Shown: one piece after another, positions 23,890 to 34,831 of the stretch
Layout: each line of letters starts with the position of its first letter
How positions within the stretch are numbered: position 1 is the first letter of the stretch
Source of the DNA: Plasmodiophora brassicae
Taxonomy: Eukaryota
Assembly: GCA_036867785.1 (NCBI GenBank)
Contig: CP145409.1
Span: forward strand, 806,001-870,000
Direction: 5' to 3'
DNA: 64,000 nt
Translations under genes and position numbers: made by a program
The notes under the pieces: model-generated
Database searches by the model: none
Seen by the model: only the letters and a program-made list of their open reading frames with translations
What the model was told of the DNA's origin: nothing

Positions 23890-24103
23890 CGTGGTGGCCG
23901 GCGTCAACGTCGCAGAGCGTATGCCCTTCCCGGGGTCAGGAACGGCATTCCGGAAGCACACCCAAGATTAACGCGAGGATCGATGCCGGGGGGTACTTTG
24001 TCGGACAACCGAGGGACGACGCGTTCCAAGCGCTCAAGTGGGCTTCCTGACAAGCGTCCTGCCCATATCCGGATGCGGTCGCGAACCGGTGGTCGTCGCG
24101 GTG

Positions 24104-24539
24104 TCATGCTGTATTCGTCGAGTCGAAGCACTTGGTCGCATCGTCCATTGCCGCTGTCAGCTGCAGCATCTACAGGCGTTTGTGTTAGCTTATGTGGGGA
24201 CCGGGACGCACGTGTCGGTTTACCAGGGACTGGATCTCGTCTTGGCCGACCGATTTCGCTTCAAACGCTGCCACGATCTCTTCGTACGCCATCCCCGCCA
24301 TGGCTTTCGGATCCGCCGGACGCCTACACGCGTGAGCCAATGTAAGTCTGCGATATCAGTCGGGAGCGTTGGACCCCCAACTGTTGGCACTGGGCGTGAA
24401 AGATCTTCTCCTGCAGCGCGCGGATGTGATCGAACTTGGCTCGCAGCGTCTCGTCGATGCCGGCCGGTTGATGATCGGTCCCGGGGACGCCGCTCTCTGC
24501 CGCCGGTTCATGTTTCGCGCTCGCATTAGCATCCTGCAT
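24104..24539 (-). CDS. Small coiled-coil hypothetical protein (weak CCDC28-like resemblance)
   Basis: Three-exon model: MQDANAS...KFDHIRALQEKIF / PADPKAMAGMAYEEIVAAFEAKSVGQDEIQSL / MLQLTAAMDDATKCFDSTNTA-stop. Confidence 0.55.
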
Positions 24540-25039
24540 TGTTTCTACCGCCCCGCCGCCCGGTATTGATGATCATCAACGACCTCTGTAACGACAGGAC
24601 TGGCGGGGCCGCCTGGGCGCTATGTGTGCACCGTACTGCAGAACACACGAGTTGCCGCCCCCCCCCCCGTGCCGGATGCTGTGCCTAGTTGGACGCGTAC
24701 TCCCACTCCACATTGCAGGATGGGCCCACCCTCTTGACTGGACGCTTGCCACAAGGGCATTCAATATCGGTCCCATCTAATAGGCGACATAACGAACTTC
24801 GTTAGCGCGGTGCATTTGCTGTCCTACTTGCCGACCGTTTGATGGGGGTCAGTGCTCTTCGCCACCGACTAAAGAAATGGATCTGGTTGGCCAGTGAAGG
24901 TACCTATGTAGGTACTCTGTATGTACAACAGCCATGAGGGCAGGAGAGCCGGCGATGATGGTGGGAGCGTATCACTCGTCACAGAGGCAACTGCGACCAT
25001 CGTGTGATGATGTGTGAAGATAGGCGGTTGCAGGGCACC

Positions 25040-26002
25040 ATGACGTCGCCCTGGCCGGCGCCAGCACCGTCGTCGCCAGCGATCGGCTCCGCCTACGACA
25101 AGGTCGTGCACGCGCTGTCGGACCGAGGCGTCGGCACGTCCTGGCGTCGCCGCCTGGCCTTGTCCCGGATGCTATCCGTCGGTACCGATCATCCGGTTCC
25201 TGCCCAGGCGGTGCGCGCTCTCGTCGCCCAGCTCGGCACCGCTGGCAATCACCCCGATGTCACGATCGCCGCCTGCAACCTCATCGAGGCCCTGATGTCT
25301 AAAGCCGCACCCAGCCGCCCCGACATCGCTCTCATCGCTCGCGCTTCCATCCCGTCCCTGCGCTCGTTAGCCCTATCGCAGGACGCCCGCCTGGCCGCAA
25401 CGGCCCGATCCTGCCTGGCCGCCATCGTCACCTCGATCCGCGACGACCTGGGCGCGTCCCTGCTGCTCTGGATGGTGCGGCAGACGGACCCAGTTGGTCG
25501 CGTTGGCGTCGCCTGCGCCGCCAGCGTCGTCGATCGCTGGCCGGACCGCCTGTTCGTCAGCTACAGGGATCAGCTGCAGGACGCCTCGGACGACATGTCG
25601 TCTCGCAGCTCGTCGACGACGGTGCGGCGCCTGGCGCGGCGTCTGCAGCACGTGGTGCAGGCACGCACCGGGCGGTGCGCACCCGTCGCGCCGAACGCCA
25701 TCGACACGATCCAGGCCGCCCTGATCGCGATCCGCGACGCGCGTCACCGCCGCCGACCTGGGCTGGGCGTATCCATCGATGTCGCGATCTGTCAGGTGTA
25801 TGCGTCGGTGAAGGTGGCCCGGCGCGTCGACGGGGAACAGGGCGTCGTGCAGCAGCGACACGTGGTGGCATCGTCCTGGTGCGTGCGACAGGTCGTCGAG
25901 CGTGCGACAGCGGCGATCGGCGCCCTGCTGAACGGGTTCGGTCTGACGCTGTCCTGCGACCTGGTCATCGACGAATGGTGCGCTGTGAAGATCCAGGTGT
26001 AG
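25040..26002 (+). CDS. Hypothetical helical-repeat protein, possibly a divergent TOG/CLASP-N HEAT domain
   Basis: Open frame with GC3-rich codons; SWRRRLAL, ACNLIEAL, IPSL.......LAATARSCLAAIV amphipathic HEAT-like pattern. Confidence 0.5.
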   Translation: MTSPWPAPAPSSPAIGSAYDKVVHALSDRGVGTSWRRRLALSRMLSVGTDHPVPAQAVRALVAQLGTAGNHPDVTIAACNLIEALMSKAAPSRPDIALIARASIPSLRSLALSQDARLAATARSCLAAIVTSIRDDLGASLLLWMVRQTDPVGRVGVACAASVVDRWPDRLFVSYRDQLQDASDDMSSRSSSTTVRRLARRLQHVVQARTGRCAPVAPNAIDTIQAALIAIRDARHRRRPGLGVSIDVAICQVYASVKVARRVDGEQGVVQQRHVVASSWCVRQVVERATAAIGALLNGFGLTLSCDLVIDEWCAVKIQV

Positions 26003-26189
26003 ACCCCCTCCCCAAAGGGCCAGACTCGATAAAAGGATGCGGAATGATACGGGCGCTAGGGGAGCGAACTCGCTAGGTAGACCCCCCACCGTCGTCCCTG
26101 TGTCGGGCACCAGCCGGGATCGACTGACGTAGGCAGGCAGTACCCGGGGCGTGGGCATTAACGGGCGATTGCCAGGGCGGCCGGCGCCT

Positions 26190-28811
26190 ATGGTCGCCGA
26201 CGAGGACCCGCGCCCGGGCACGTCCCAATCCGGGAACGATGCGGACGACAGCGACTGTTCGGCGGTGACGGCCGTTCCCATTCGGTACGAGGACGCCAAG
26301 CCGACGGCGCCTGGAACGACGACGGTCGTACCGCAGCCGGCCGAGCTCTCCAATATCGTCGTCGTCGTGAGGAAACGCCCACAGAACGAACGCGAGAAGG
26401 CGGCCGGCGGGCGCGACGTCATCCGCGTCATGGACGGGCGCCTGGTCGTCCTGCTGGACTCGACGTCGTCGTCGTCCGACTTCCTGCGCCATGGGCGAAC
26501 GCGCGAGAAGCAGTACATGTTCGACCACGCGTTCGACGAGTTCTGCACGCAGGAGGACGTCTACGAGCACACGACGAAGCCGCTGATCGACGCGGTCGCC
26601 AGCGGGTACAACGCCAGCGTGTTCGCCTATGGGTCGACCGGTGCCGGCAAGACGCACACCATGATGGGGACGCCGTCCCAGCCCGGCATCATGATCCTGG
26701 CGCTCGAGGACCTGTTCTCCCATGTGTCCTCCATCACCGACTCCGTCTTCAAGGTGACGCTCTCGTACCTGGAGGTGTACAACGAGAACCTCAGGGACCT
26801 GCTGCGCCCATCGACCACGAACCTATCGCTGCGGGAGGACCCGCTGCGAGGCATTCAGGTGTCGGGCGTGTCCGAGATTGTGGCGAACAGCGCCCAGGAG
26901 GTCATGGAACTGCTTCGCCTGGGCAACGCCAACCGCACCACCGAGCCGACGGCCGCGAACCAGACGTCGTCCAGGTCGCACGCCGTCCTGCAGATCGTCG
27001 TGGAGCAGCGCGACCGGACGCCATCGACCACCGAAACGCTTCGGGTCGGGAAGCTGTCGCTGATCGACCTGGCCGGGTCGGAACGCGCGGCGATCACACA
27101 GAACCGAGGGCTCCGTATGATCGAGGGCGCCAACATCAACAGGTCGCTGCTGGCGCTTGGCAACTGTATCACTGCCCTGGGCTCCAACTCCAGCTTCGTC
27201 CCGTTTAGGTGGGGCGTTGCTGGTACCGCTCCCCGCCTAGCTCATAACCGTCGTTGCAGGGATTCGAAGCTGACGAGGATGCTGAAGGATTCGCTGGGCG
27301 GTAACACGAAAACGGTGATGATCACGAACGTCAGCCCGTGCGATCAGTCGTTCGAGGACACGCACAACGCGTTGAAGTACGCGAACCGGGCGAAGAACAT
27401 CAGGACGACGGCGCGCAGCAACGTGGTCGAGGTGTCGCACCACGTCGCCAAGTACACCGAGATCATCAGCGACCTGCGACGGGAGATCAGCTCGCTGAAG
27501 TGCCAGATGCGCGTCTCGTCGCTCATGCAGCAGCGCCGCGATACGAAATCGCTGACGCACCAGCTCGAGCTCGAGCACTGGCTGTCGGCACGGGACATGA
27601 CGACCTGGGCGGAGGCGCGGCAGAAGCTCCAGGCGATCTTTGACGAACGCAAACAGGTCGCCGACAGCATCAGCGCCATCAAGATCAGGAACCTGGACGC
27701 GGTCCGCGAGCTTCGCAAGGCGAGGATCCTGAACAAACTCGGCGAACCGGTCGAGAAGGACGTCGGCGCGCTGGAACACGAGATCACCAGCGGGTCGCAG
27801 CAGGTCCAGCGGCTGAAGAAGAGGGACAACGACCTTGTGCAGCGCGAGAAGGAGCTGCGCGCGCAGGTGGGCCTGGCAGGCGTCAACGCGTCTCAGACGA
27901 TCTCGCAGATTCTGGACCTGGAGATGGACATGCACAACGTGAAGGTCGAGAACCTGAAGCTCCAGCATGGACGGGCCGAATCGGACAAGGGCCACGCCGA
28001 CTGGATCGAATCGCTCCAGGACCAGGTCCGCATTCGGGATCGGATCATTGCCGACCAGAAGGCGGCGTTGCGCTCGCAGGACATTGTCCTGTCCAGGCCC
28101 GAGTCGCGGTTGCCTGACCCCGTCCAGGATGCTGCTAGACTGGCGGCCCCGGCTCCACCATCGTCGTCAGCGCCCATGCCGAAGGCGGACGGCGAACGGG
28201 AACCTCCGCCAATTATCGCGACACCGGCTAAGGTGCCGTCGGCCCCAGCGTCCTCATCTCCTTCGCCAGTACCTCCTGATCCTCTGCCTGCACCGTCTAT
28301 CCACCCTCCGCTTGTCTCGCGTCCTTCCATGGCTCGTCCCAGCAAGACCGGCGACACGAGGGCGCCGATCCGGGAGCGGAAGCCGTTCCGGTCGGTGGTC
28401 ATGCCTTCGGTGACGGTGTCATCCAGGCTTCAAGCAATCGCAGGGCTTGGGCAAGGTACGGCGGGTGCGCAGAGAGCGCGACGATCGCTCGGCGAAGCAG
28501 GGTCGACGATGCTGCCGGCAGCAGAAGGCCCCCGGCGGCCGGCGCCGAAAGGGTTCGCCGCCGCCATCACGAGACGCATTCGAGCGGCCGGCGGGCGTCG
28601 CGTCGAGATCAAGCGGACCGAGACGCCGAAGCTGAGTCGGAGGGCGTCGCTGGCCCCAAGTCGGTCGATGTCGCGACGCAGCCTGCATCTGGACGAAGCG
28701 CCTGCCCTGCCCGATGCCATCTCGACGGCCCTGCAGCACACCAGATCGCTGCGCGCCAAGTACGTCGATTCGCCCACCGTCAGCCACGACCCTGGCGAAA
28801 TGTCGTGCTAA
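26190..28811 (+). CDS. Kinesin-8 family motor (KIF18/KIF19-like)
   Basis: FAYGSTGAGKTHTM, SYLEVYNE, NQTSSRSHAVLQI, LIDLAGSERA, EGANINRSLLALGNCI; in-frame 51-nt intron 27209-27259 restores VPFRDSKLTR. Confidence 0.93.
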   Translation: MVADEDPRPGTSQSGNDADDSDCSAVTAVPIRYEDAKPTAPGTTTVVPQPAELSNIVVVVRKRPQNEREKAAGGRDVIRVMDGRLVVLLDSTSSSSDFLRHGRTREKQYMFDHAFDEFCTQEDVYEHTTKPLIDAVASGYNASVFAYGSTGAGKTHTMMGTPSQPGIMILALEDLFSHVSSITDSVFKVTLSYLEVYNENLRDLLRPSTTNLSLREDPLRGIQVSGVSEIVANSAQEVMELLRLGNANRTTEPTAANQTSSRSHAVLQIVVEQRDRTPSTTETLRVGKLSLIDLAGSERAAITQNRGLRMIEGANINRSLLALGNCITALGSNSSFVPFRWGVAGTAPRLAHNRRCRDSKLTRMLKDSLGGNTKTVMITNVSPCDQSFEDTHNALKYANRAKNIRTTARSNVVEVSHHVAKYTEIISDLRREISSLKCQMRVSSLMQQRRDTKSLTHQLELEHWLSARDMTTWAEARQKLQAIFDERKQVADSISAIKIRNLDAVRELRKARILNKLGEPVEKDVGALEHEITSGSQQVQRLKKRDNDLVQREKELRAQVGLAGVNASQTISQILDLEMDMHNVKVENLKLQHGRAESDKGHADWIESLQDQVRIRDRIIADQKAALRSQDIVLSRPESRLPDPVQDAARLAAPAPPSSSAPMPKADGEREPPPIIATPAKVPSAPASSSPSPVPPDPLPAPSIHPPLVSRPSMARPSKTGDTRAPIRERKPFRSVVMPSVTVSSRLQAIAGLGQGTAGAQRARRSLGEAGSTMLPAAEGPRRPAPKGFAAAITRRIRAAGGRRVEIKRTETPKLSRRASLAPSRSMSRRSLHLDEAPALPDAISTALQHTRSLRAKYVDSPTVSHDPGEMSC

Positions 28812-28937
28812 ACTACGCTGCGAAACTGCCACACGCACCTGCTCCTTGAAACTCTATGGCAGGCGCCCTAATATTGCGCGGCACCGGTCGGTCGGCGGCC
28901 GCTCCTGACAGTCAGAGCGGGGCGAGGCCAGCCGATG

Positions 28938-29068
28938 GACGTCACCGGTTTACATAGGTCCAGTTTGGGTCGGTTGACATCGCAGCACCAGTCGTTGTTG
29001 TTCCTCGTGACGTATGCCACCGTGACGTCACGAGGGCACTGGCAGAGGGCGCCGGAACGTGACTCACG
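28938..29068. promoter_or_regulatory. Cluster of bZIP-type (CRE/AP-1-like) palindromes upstream of the CCCH gene
   Basis: GACGTCAC 28938-28945, CGTGACGTA 29006-29014, CGTGACGTCACG 29021-29032, CGTGACTCACG 29058-29068. Confidence 0.45.
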
Positions 29069-29220
29069 AAGGGGCAGGGCGGAACCGGTTTGGGACGATG
29101 CTGTTCAGGATCGTCGGTGGTTGCCAGGCATTCTTGAATTGGCTCATAATTGCCAAAGCGACCCGTCCCCCTCGAACGGCACTTCTCAACTTCGGTAACT
29201 GATTCCCCCGGTTCGAAACC

Positions 29221-30066
29221 ATGATGCCCGTCTGCCGCGCGTTCGCCAAGACTGGACAGTGCCCCAACGGCGACAAGTGTTTCATGGTGCATCAGCGTCC
29301 AGCGGCCACGTCGCTGCGGGCGCCGTTGCTGATGCCACGTTCCGTCTCCACGACGCCCCGCCTCCTTAGCAATGCCGCCCTGGTCCAGATGCAATCGTCC
29401 GGCACGTGGCGATCGTCGGCGTCGTCGTCGTGGCGTGCTCCGGCGATTGATAACAATCGCCCGCAGGTGACGACCAGCCGCGCCTGGCCGCTGACCTTGT
29501 CGGATCGCATCTGGGGGCCTCCCACAGTGGCACCACGCCCGGCAGCGCTGTCTCGGAACACGTCAACGGCGTCGACGACGTCGCTGGCCAAGTCCGATCT
29601 GTACAAGACCGAGTTGTGCCGGTCGTGGTCGCAGATGAACACCTGCCCGTACGGGGCCAAGTGCCAGTTCGCGCACGGCGCCGAGGAACTTCGTCCCGTT
29701 CAGCGGCACCCGAAGTACAAGACAGTCGACTGCAAGCAGTACAAAGCGACCGGCACGTGCTCGTTCGGATCCCGCTGCGTCTTCGTCCACGAGGAAAGCG
29801 AGCGGCGCGTCCTGCCGACGGAAACGACGGCGTCGACACCCGCCAAGCAGTCCGCTGATCAGCCATGGCAACCCGCTGAGATTCGCGCGCCGTACATCCA
29901 CCCGGATTCCCAGGCGGCACCCGCCCCGGCCACGAAGCGGTTCACGCGCTTCTCGGACCTGAACACGGCGACCAACACGGAAGCCGACCTGGTCAAGCGC
30001 CTCGAGTCGGCGTTCCCGACGTTCGGCGACTCGCTCGTCAGGAGCCCAACTGCGGCCGACAAGTGA
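29221..30066 (+). CDS. Tandem CCCH zinc-finger protein, tristetraprolin/ZFP36 family
   Basis: LYKTELC-x8-C-x5-C-x3-H ... KYKTVDC-x8-C-x5-C-x3-H with an 18-aa spacer; additional N-terminal CCCH finger; intronless. Confidence 0.92.
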   Translation: MMPVCRAFAKTGQCPNGDKCFMVHQRPAATSLRAPLLMPRSVSTTPRLLSNAALVQMQSSGTWRSSASSSWRAPAIDNNRPQVTTSRAWPLTLSDRIWGPPTVAPRPAALSRNTSTASTTSLAKSDLYKTELCRSWSQMNTCPYGAKCQFAHGAEELRPVQRHPKYKTVDCKQYKATGTCSFGSRCVFVHEESERRVLPTETTASTPAKQSADQPWQPAEIRAPYIHPDSQAAPAPATKRFTRFSDLNTATNTEADLVKRLESAFPTFGDSLVRSPTAADK

Positions 30067-30337
30067 CTGCCCAGCAGCAGATCTGACTTCAACAAAAGTG
30101 GTGGATAAACCAGGGTGGCCCCGATGTTTCGGTGTGGACGTGCCTACGCTCCTGGAGGCCCCCTCGCTATATTTAGGGGATACATAGGCCATTCAACAGT
30201 CGGAGCCGCCACGTTTGAGGGGGTGGCGCGGCACCGCCGCGGGTGCGGTCGAGAGCGACAGTCAGACGCCGTTCGTTGTCCTTCGCGTGCGTTCCAGCCT
30301 GCAGGACCGTCTGTCGGCGAGATTCGTGGGCGGGGGC

Positions 30338-30682
30338 ATGGATGCGGTCGGCGAGTGGGTCTGGCAGGAGGCCACCGCGACCGATGACGTCGAGGTGGTC
30401 GACAATGCGTGCGAGCCCGACGACGCGGTTGCGGCTCAGGACCACGAGCTCGTCACAGTGCTGCTGCTGATGCTGACGACAGTCGCCGAACTTGCGGCCA
30501 TTGCGTGCCAATCCGTTCGCCGAGTCGTGCGCTGCCCTGAGACGAGGGCGTTCGACGTGGCTGTACGTCGGGCGCCGATCTTTGTTGCGTCGGGCATGTC
30601 GCAACTGATTTCGTACCGCACCGCCCTTCTCGGTAGGATTGACGCGTTCGCTGCTGGTCACAATGTCGGCTCAGACGGATAG
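30338..30682 (+). CDS. Hypothetical protein
   Basis: ATG-initiated open frame with an acidic N-terminus and a hydrophobic segment; no recognised family; abuts the next gene. Confidence 0.3.
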   Translation: MDAVGEWVWQEATATDDVEVVDNACEPDDAVAAQDHELVTVLLLMLTTVAELAAIACQSVRRVVRCPETRAFDVAVRRAPIFVASGMSQLISYRTALLGRIDAFAAGHNVGSDG

Positions 30683-31767
30683 TTCAGCGGGCGTCATGGC
30701 GGTGTGGTCGTCCAGTGCGGTGCGACAGCGCCGACGAAGCGATAAGGCGTTGCTCGGTGAGCGTGTTCGGCGGACATCAATGGCGCTGTCGATCGTGTTC
30801 ATTGTCATGATGTTCCTGCTGCCTGCACACGCGCCGCACCTGCCGCTGGTCAGCACACCGATGTGGGCGCCGTTCGTGGCGATGTCTGCTGTATACCAAT
30901 GCATCACCCTCGCATTCGTGGCCGTCGCTTCCCGGAACGTCGGCTGGATTCGCAGCCGGCTCCGGAAAGGGCGCCAGCGCCATACCGTGCACGATTTTGT
31001 CGTGATCGGCGCGACTCACGTCACCTCCTTTATCCACGCGATTGTATCGTCGACCGGGGCTCTGACGCTCTACCTGAGTGCAACGGCACCGATGCACCAA
31101 GACCATATATTCGCGCGGGACCTCTGGGCCGAGCTTCTGGTCGTACATTCGTCCGGTAGGGATGATCTGCTGCCCGCTGGATGCCACTTCAAATAGGAAA
31201 TGACCCGAACGTGTCTCAGCGTATTTCTCCTCGGATATCGTCGAGATGATCAGGTTCCCCGGAGGACCGACCTACGTCTTCATCCTGCATCATACGATGG
31301 CATTGATCGCGTTCACGTTGGCCTTCTATAGCAAGTTCACCTACTTCGGCGTCGTGTTCCTGCTGTTCGAGCTATCCACTCCGTTCCTGGCGATACGGTG
31401 GATGTGTTTGCAGCTGAACTATCATCACCCTCTACTGATCAACGTCGTGAACTGTTCGTTTGGGTTCGTGTTCGTGGCAGTGCGTACCATCTGGGGTTCG
31501 TTCATTGCCACGCCTCGGATGTTCGCCGAACTATGGCCACCTGCGTCTGATGCGACCGTGTTTGCATTGCGAAATCCAACCGCAGCTGCCGACAGCGACC
31601 CACTATTCCTGCAGAACGCGGCCCGGCTCGTAATACTCACCGTCTTCCTGTTCAACTTGCTGAACGCGTTCTTCCTGTTCAAGGTCTTCCGAATGGTCAG
31701 AGGCGCATTCCTGCCACGAAAGCGTGCGGCGCCAGAATCGGAAGCCGATCATATTTCAGCCGGATAA
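30663..31767 (+). CDS. TLC (TRAM/LAG1/CLN8) domain membrane protein
   Basis: SFIHAIV, S.(intron)YF..D, FILHH, FELSTPFL.IRW, F..VR; start ATG could be 30663, 30696 or 30780. Confidence 0.85.
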
Positions 31768-31850
31768 TTAAACTGTGGAACCATAGCTGCCGTCATCCCT
31801 TCTCTGGATCAAGTAGAGTACCGTTTGGTCGTAAGAGGCACTGCCGTTCA

Positions 31851-32453
31851 ATGTCATCGGCGCCGTCGGGCGGTCCAAAGATCTGGGGCGGCTCGGACCC
31901 GTTCGCGAACTGGCCAACGCCCGCTGACGAACAGGCGCCAGAGGACGTTATGCATGAGCTCAAGTCCAACCTTGGGCTGTCGTCCTGGGAGAGCATGTTC
32001 GACAACTTTAATCGAATACGGGTCGCAGCGGCGACCCCATCGCGAGAGCCGACACCTGAATCGTCAGATGCACCTCCTTGTGCGGTAACGAGGGTCGATG
32101 GTGGCGTTCCTGAGGTGCGTATTCAACACGAGGATTTGGTTGACGATTTGGGCACCAGACGGACGGGCCCTCCGCCAAGAGCGTCCAGGTGCCTCCCAGT
32201 GTCCGCTGAGCAAACGCCGCCATGCGACGTCCAGACACTGGAGAGCCTCGTCGCCGCCTACAAATGTCGCAAACGTGACGAGATGTCCTATCCCAACGAT
32301 CGATCAGTCGATTCCCGAAGGCCAGAAGCCCTGCCGGTGCTTGACCGTATACGCTCCGACCTGCAACTGGTGCAGATACGCCTGCAGAAACATTCGTTGC
32401 CGCCGAGTTCCTTCCGAAACCTGCGACCGGCTTTCCCTAAAGGCGGCAATTAG
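31851..32453 (+). CDS. Hypothetical protein
   Basis: 200-aa ATG-initiated ORF filling the gap; no motif recognised. Confidence 0.45.
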   Translation: MSSAPSGGPKIWGGSDPFANWPTPADEQAPEDVMHELKSNLGLSSWESMFDNFNRIRVAAATPSREPTPESSDAPPCAVTRVDGGVPEVRIQHEDLVDDLGTRRTGPPPRASRCLPVSAEQTPPCDVQTLESLVAAYKCRKRDEMSYPNDRSVDSRRPEALPVLDRIRSDLQLVQIRLQKHSLPPSSFRNLRPAFPKGGN

Positions 32454-32654
32454 GCCGGCTAACACACTCCGACATGTGCCATAGTTCTGTTCATCCGCCT
32501 AGTACGTATCATGACGCATCGGAAGGTTGTAATGTGGAGCATGGGTGACTGGAGAAAAGGCCATAAAGGTGGAGGAATGTATCACCGCCCATCATCCTTC
32601 CCAGGCACGCGCCTGGTGCGCGCCTAACGTCAGGCCACGTCATTTGCAATAAGC

Positions 32655-32825
32655 ATGACCGTCTTGACCAAGACAGCGAGTGCCGCCAAGGCCGAGCGCG
32701 TTCTCGGTATCACCTTTGTGAAAACGAAGCCCGGTGAGCTGACCAAGGCCGAGCGCGTGCTGGGCGTGCGCTTTGGCTCGGCCGCTGTGCAGCAAACCTT
32801 CGCACGACGTCGTTTGCAGCCGTGA
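32655..32825 (+). CDS. 56-aa microprotein with a duplicated KAERVLG[IV]xF motif
   Basis: Manually translated MTVLTKTASAAKAERVLGITFVKTKPGELTKAERVLGVRFGSAAVQQTFARRRLQP-stop; the two KAERVLG copies differ only at synonymous positions. Confidence 0.55.
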   Translation: MTVLTKTASAAKAERVLGITFVKTKPGELTKAERVLGVRFGSAAVQQTFARRRLQP

Positions 32826-33114
32826 CCAAGACCTGTGACAAAGGGGGCATTCGTCGTCATGTAACCCACGTACTGCCTTTCAGTAAACGTTGTACTGCTT
32901 CCATGACGACGGCGTTGTGCAACCTCGTCGAGCGCGCGTTGCGTTTCACTCGCCCGGCATCGTCTCTGGTGGATACGATCTCGGCGACCTGCAAGACATG
33001 CGGAGCGAAGCAGAGCTAGTACTTGGGGCACTGACGGCCGCAACGAATAGCCAAGGGTGAAGAATTGTCTATTCGTGCAAGTTGCTACCTGCGGTAGTGG
33101 ATGGGCGCCGCCGG

Positions 33115-33809
33115 TCATCCAGCGGCGGCGCTGCTCTGGCTTTTCTCGAACTCCTCCAAGTCGTCCACCATCGTCTGTATCAGCAGGGCGTTCTGCCGGC
33201 GCCGCGCGTTATGTTCGTGGTCGGTCCTTTGAATAGGCGACCATTTGGGTAGCCAGGTCGCCTTCGGGTCCTGAACCCCGGGCTCGTCCGCGGCGTTCGC
33301 CCGCCTGCGGGCCCAGTTCCAGAGCATGTCGTTTCCCAGGCGAAGCGCACCGGCACCGAGCCCGATCACGATCGCGCTGCATGATCCTGTCAGACCCGGA
33401 ACACGTAGCAACGACATGCAATTACCCCTGAGCGGCATAACGGATACTGCCGTTCAAGAGGCCGATCATGGCACCTGTGGCGTGGCCGGCGAACACGACC
33501 TTCCTGAGGTCGGTCTCGGGGTCGTCGTATCCCAACCGGTTCCGGAACGCCATGTACATGGCAACGCCGATGCCGACGTTGAACCCGAACCGTGCCGCCG
33601 GGCGCACGAGAGGGTCCCCCGTGTACGCCTGCCGGATCGCATACAGGGAACCGCCGAGAGTCCCTATCACGCAAGGCAGGCCCCCCTGGTCAAACAGTAG
33701 CCAGCGGGCCCATACCCGGAACTGTCGTACCATAGGCCAGGGCAGGGCCGACGATGGATCGAATCGATGCGGGCGGCGCGGCACCTTTGGTGTCGTCGAC
33801 GTCCCCCAT
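33115..33809 (-). CDS. Tim17/Tim22-superfamily-like membrane protein
   Basis: Gly-rich TM helices (IGTLGGSLY, FGFNVG, AGHATGAMIG, VIGLGAG) and C-terminal WLPKWSPIQ; two introns. Confidence 0.6.
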
Positions 33810-33876
33810 CGCGCAATGACGCGATTCGCGAGGCGCCACACCAATACAGAGGTGCCCCACCGGTGTAATGATATGT

Positions 33877-34701
33877 TTATCTCGACTGGCGATGCGCTTG
33901 GACGAATTGCCGGTAGACGACGGCGCTATCTGGTGCCGTCGGGATGAAGTGCCCGCCTGGGTGGTGATGGACGGCGGGTGATGCGAAACAAGTGGACAGA
34001 TGCATGCTGACCTCGGGGGGAACCATCGTATCCGTGTCGCCGACGATGTGCAGGCTGGGGATCGCGATCGGCGTGGAGAACAGGGGCTGCAGGTCTGGGG
34101 CACGCGGCACGAATCCACCAGCCAGGATGGCGAACCTGAACGCATTGTCGAACTGGTTGGCCTGCTGTGCGGCACAATAGACGGCGGCCATGCAGGCGCC
34201 CTGCGAGAACCCCAGAATTCCGTCGAACGGCCCGCGTTCTTTCACCACGTCACGAATCAGATCCACGCTCGCCTGTTGACGAACACATCAGTGAGGACGT
34301 GCAACAAACCGCCCCGGGGGACAGACCTGCCAGCCTCGGTACTCGAGCGTGGCATCGTCCAGCAACCACCAGGCACATTGGAGCGGGACCTCATCCAGCG
34401 CTAAACGTCACATCAGCGCTGTCGAATTCGCCACCGGCACACTGGCCGACTGACTGGTGCCCTCTGGTGCACTCAGCGGCATGACACGATGTGGACCTTG
34501 AACATAATCCAAATCCGCGACGTCCTTCAGGACACGCCTGCGACACGCGCGTCAGCAGACGGTTCCCGGCCGTGTCGCGACAGGGACAATCGTTCGTACG
34601 TACTTCAAGGCTGCGGTCTTACCGCGAAATTGGCTAGCGTGCTGACGGAACCCATGCAGGCAGAGGATGCGAAGCGGGGGCGACGTCAACTCTGCCATCA
34701 T
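33877..34701 (-). CDS. FSH1/OVCA2-family serine hydrolase
   Basis: LRILCLHGFRQ, GPFDGILGFSQGA, PSLHIVGDTD, HPGGHFIP. Confidence 0.93.
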
Positions 34702-34831
34702 GCGCGTCTCGCCACGCACCTGGCCGTAATCCGAAGGCGACCCTGCTCCGCCTATACGTACTGCTGTCCTACCAAACCGGCCCAGGATTGTGACAACAGC
34801 GAAATGCGGGATTGTATGACCGGGATGTAGA

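Noticed and set aside
24658-24668. C11 homopolymer and a small palindrome near 24780-24805
   Set aside because: Isolated low-complexity features with no supporting context
25373-26548. Long antisense or alternative-frame ORFs (also 1260-2177, 7064-7945, 20228-20959, 27237-27995)
   Set aside because: Shadow frames of real genes, expected at high GC3
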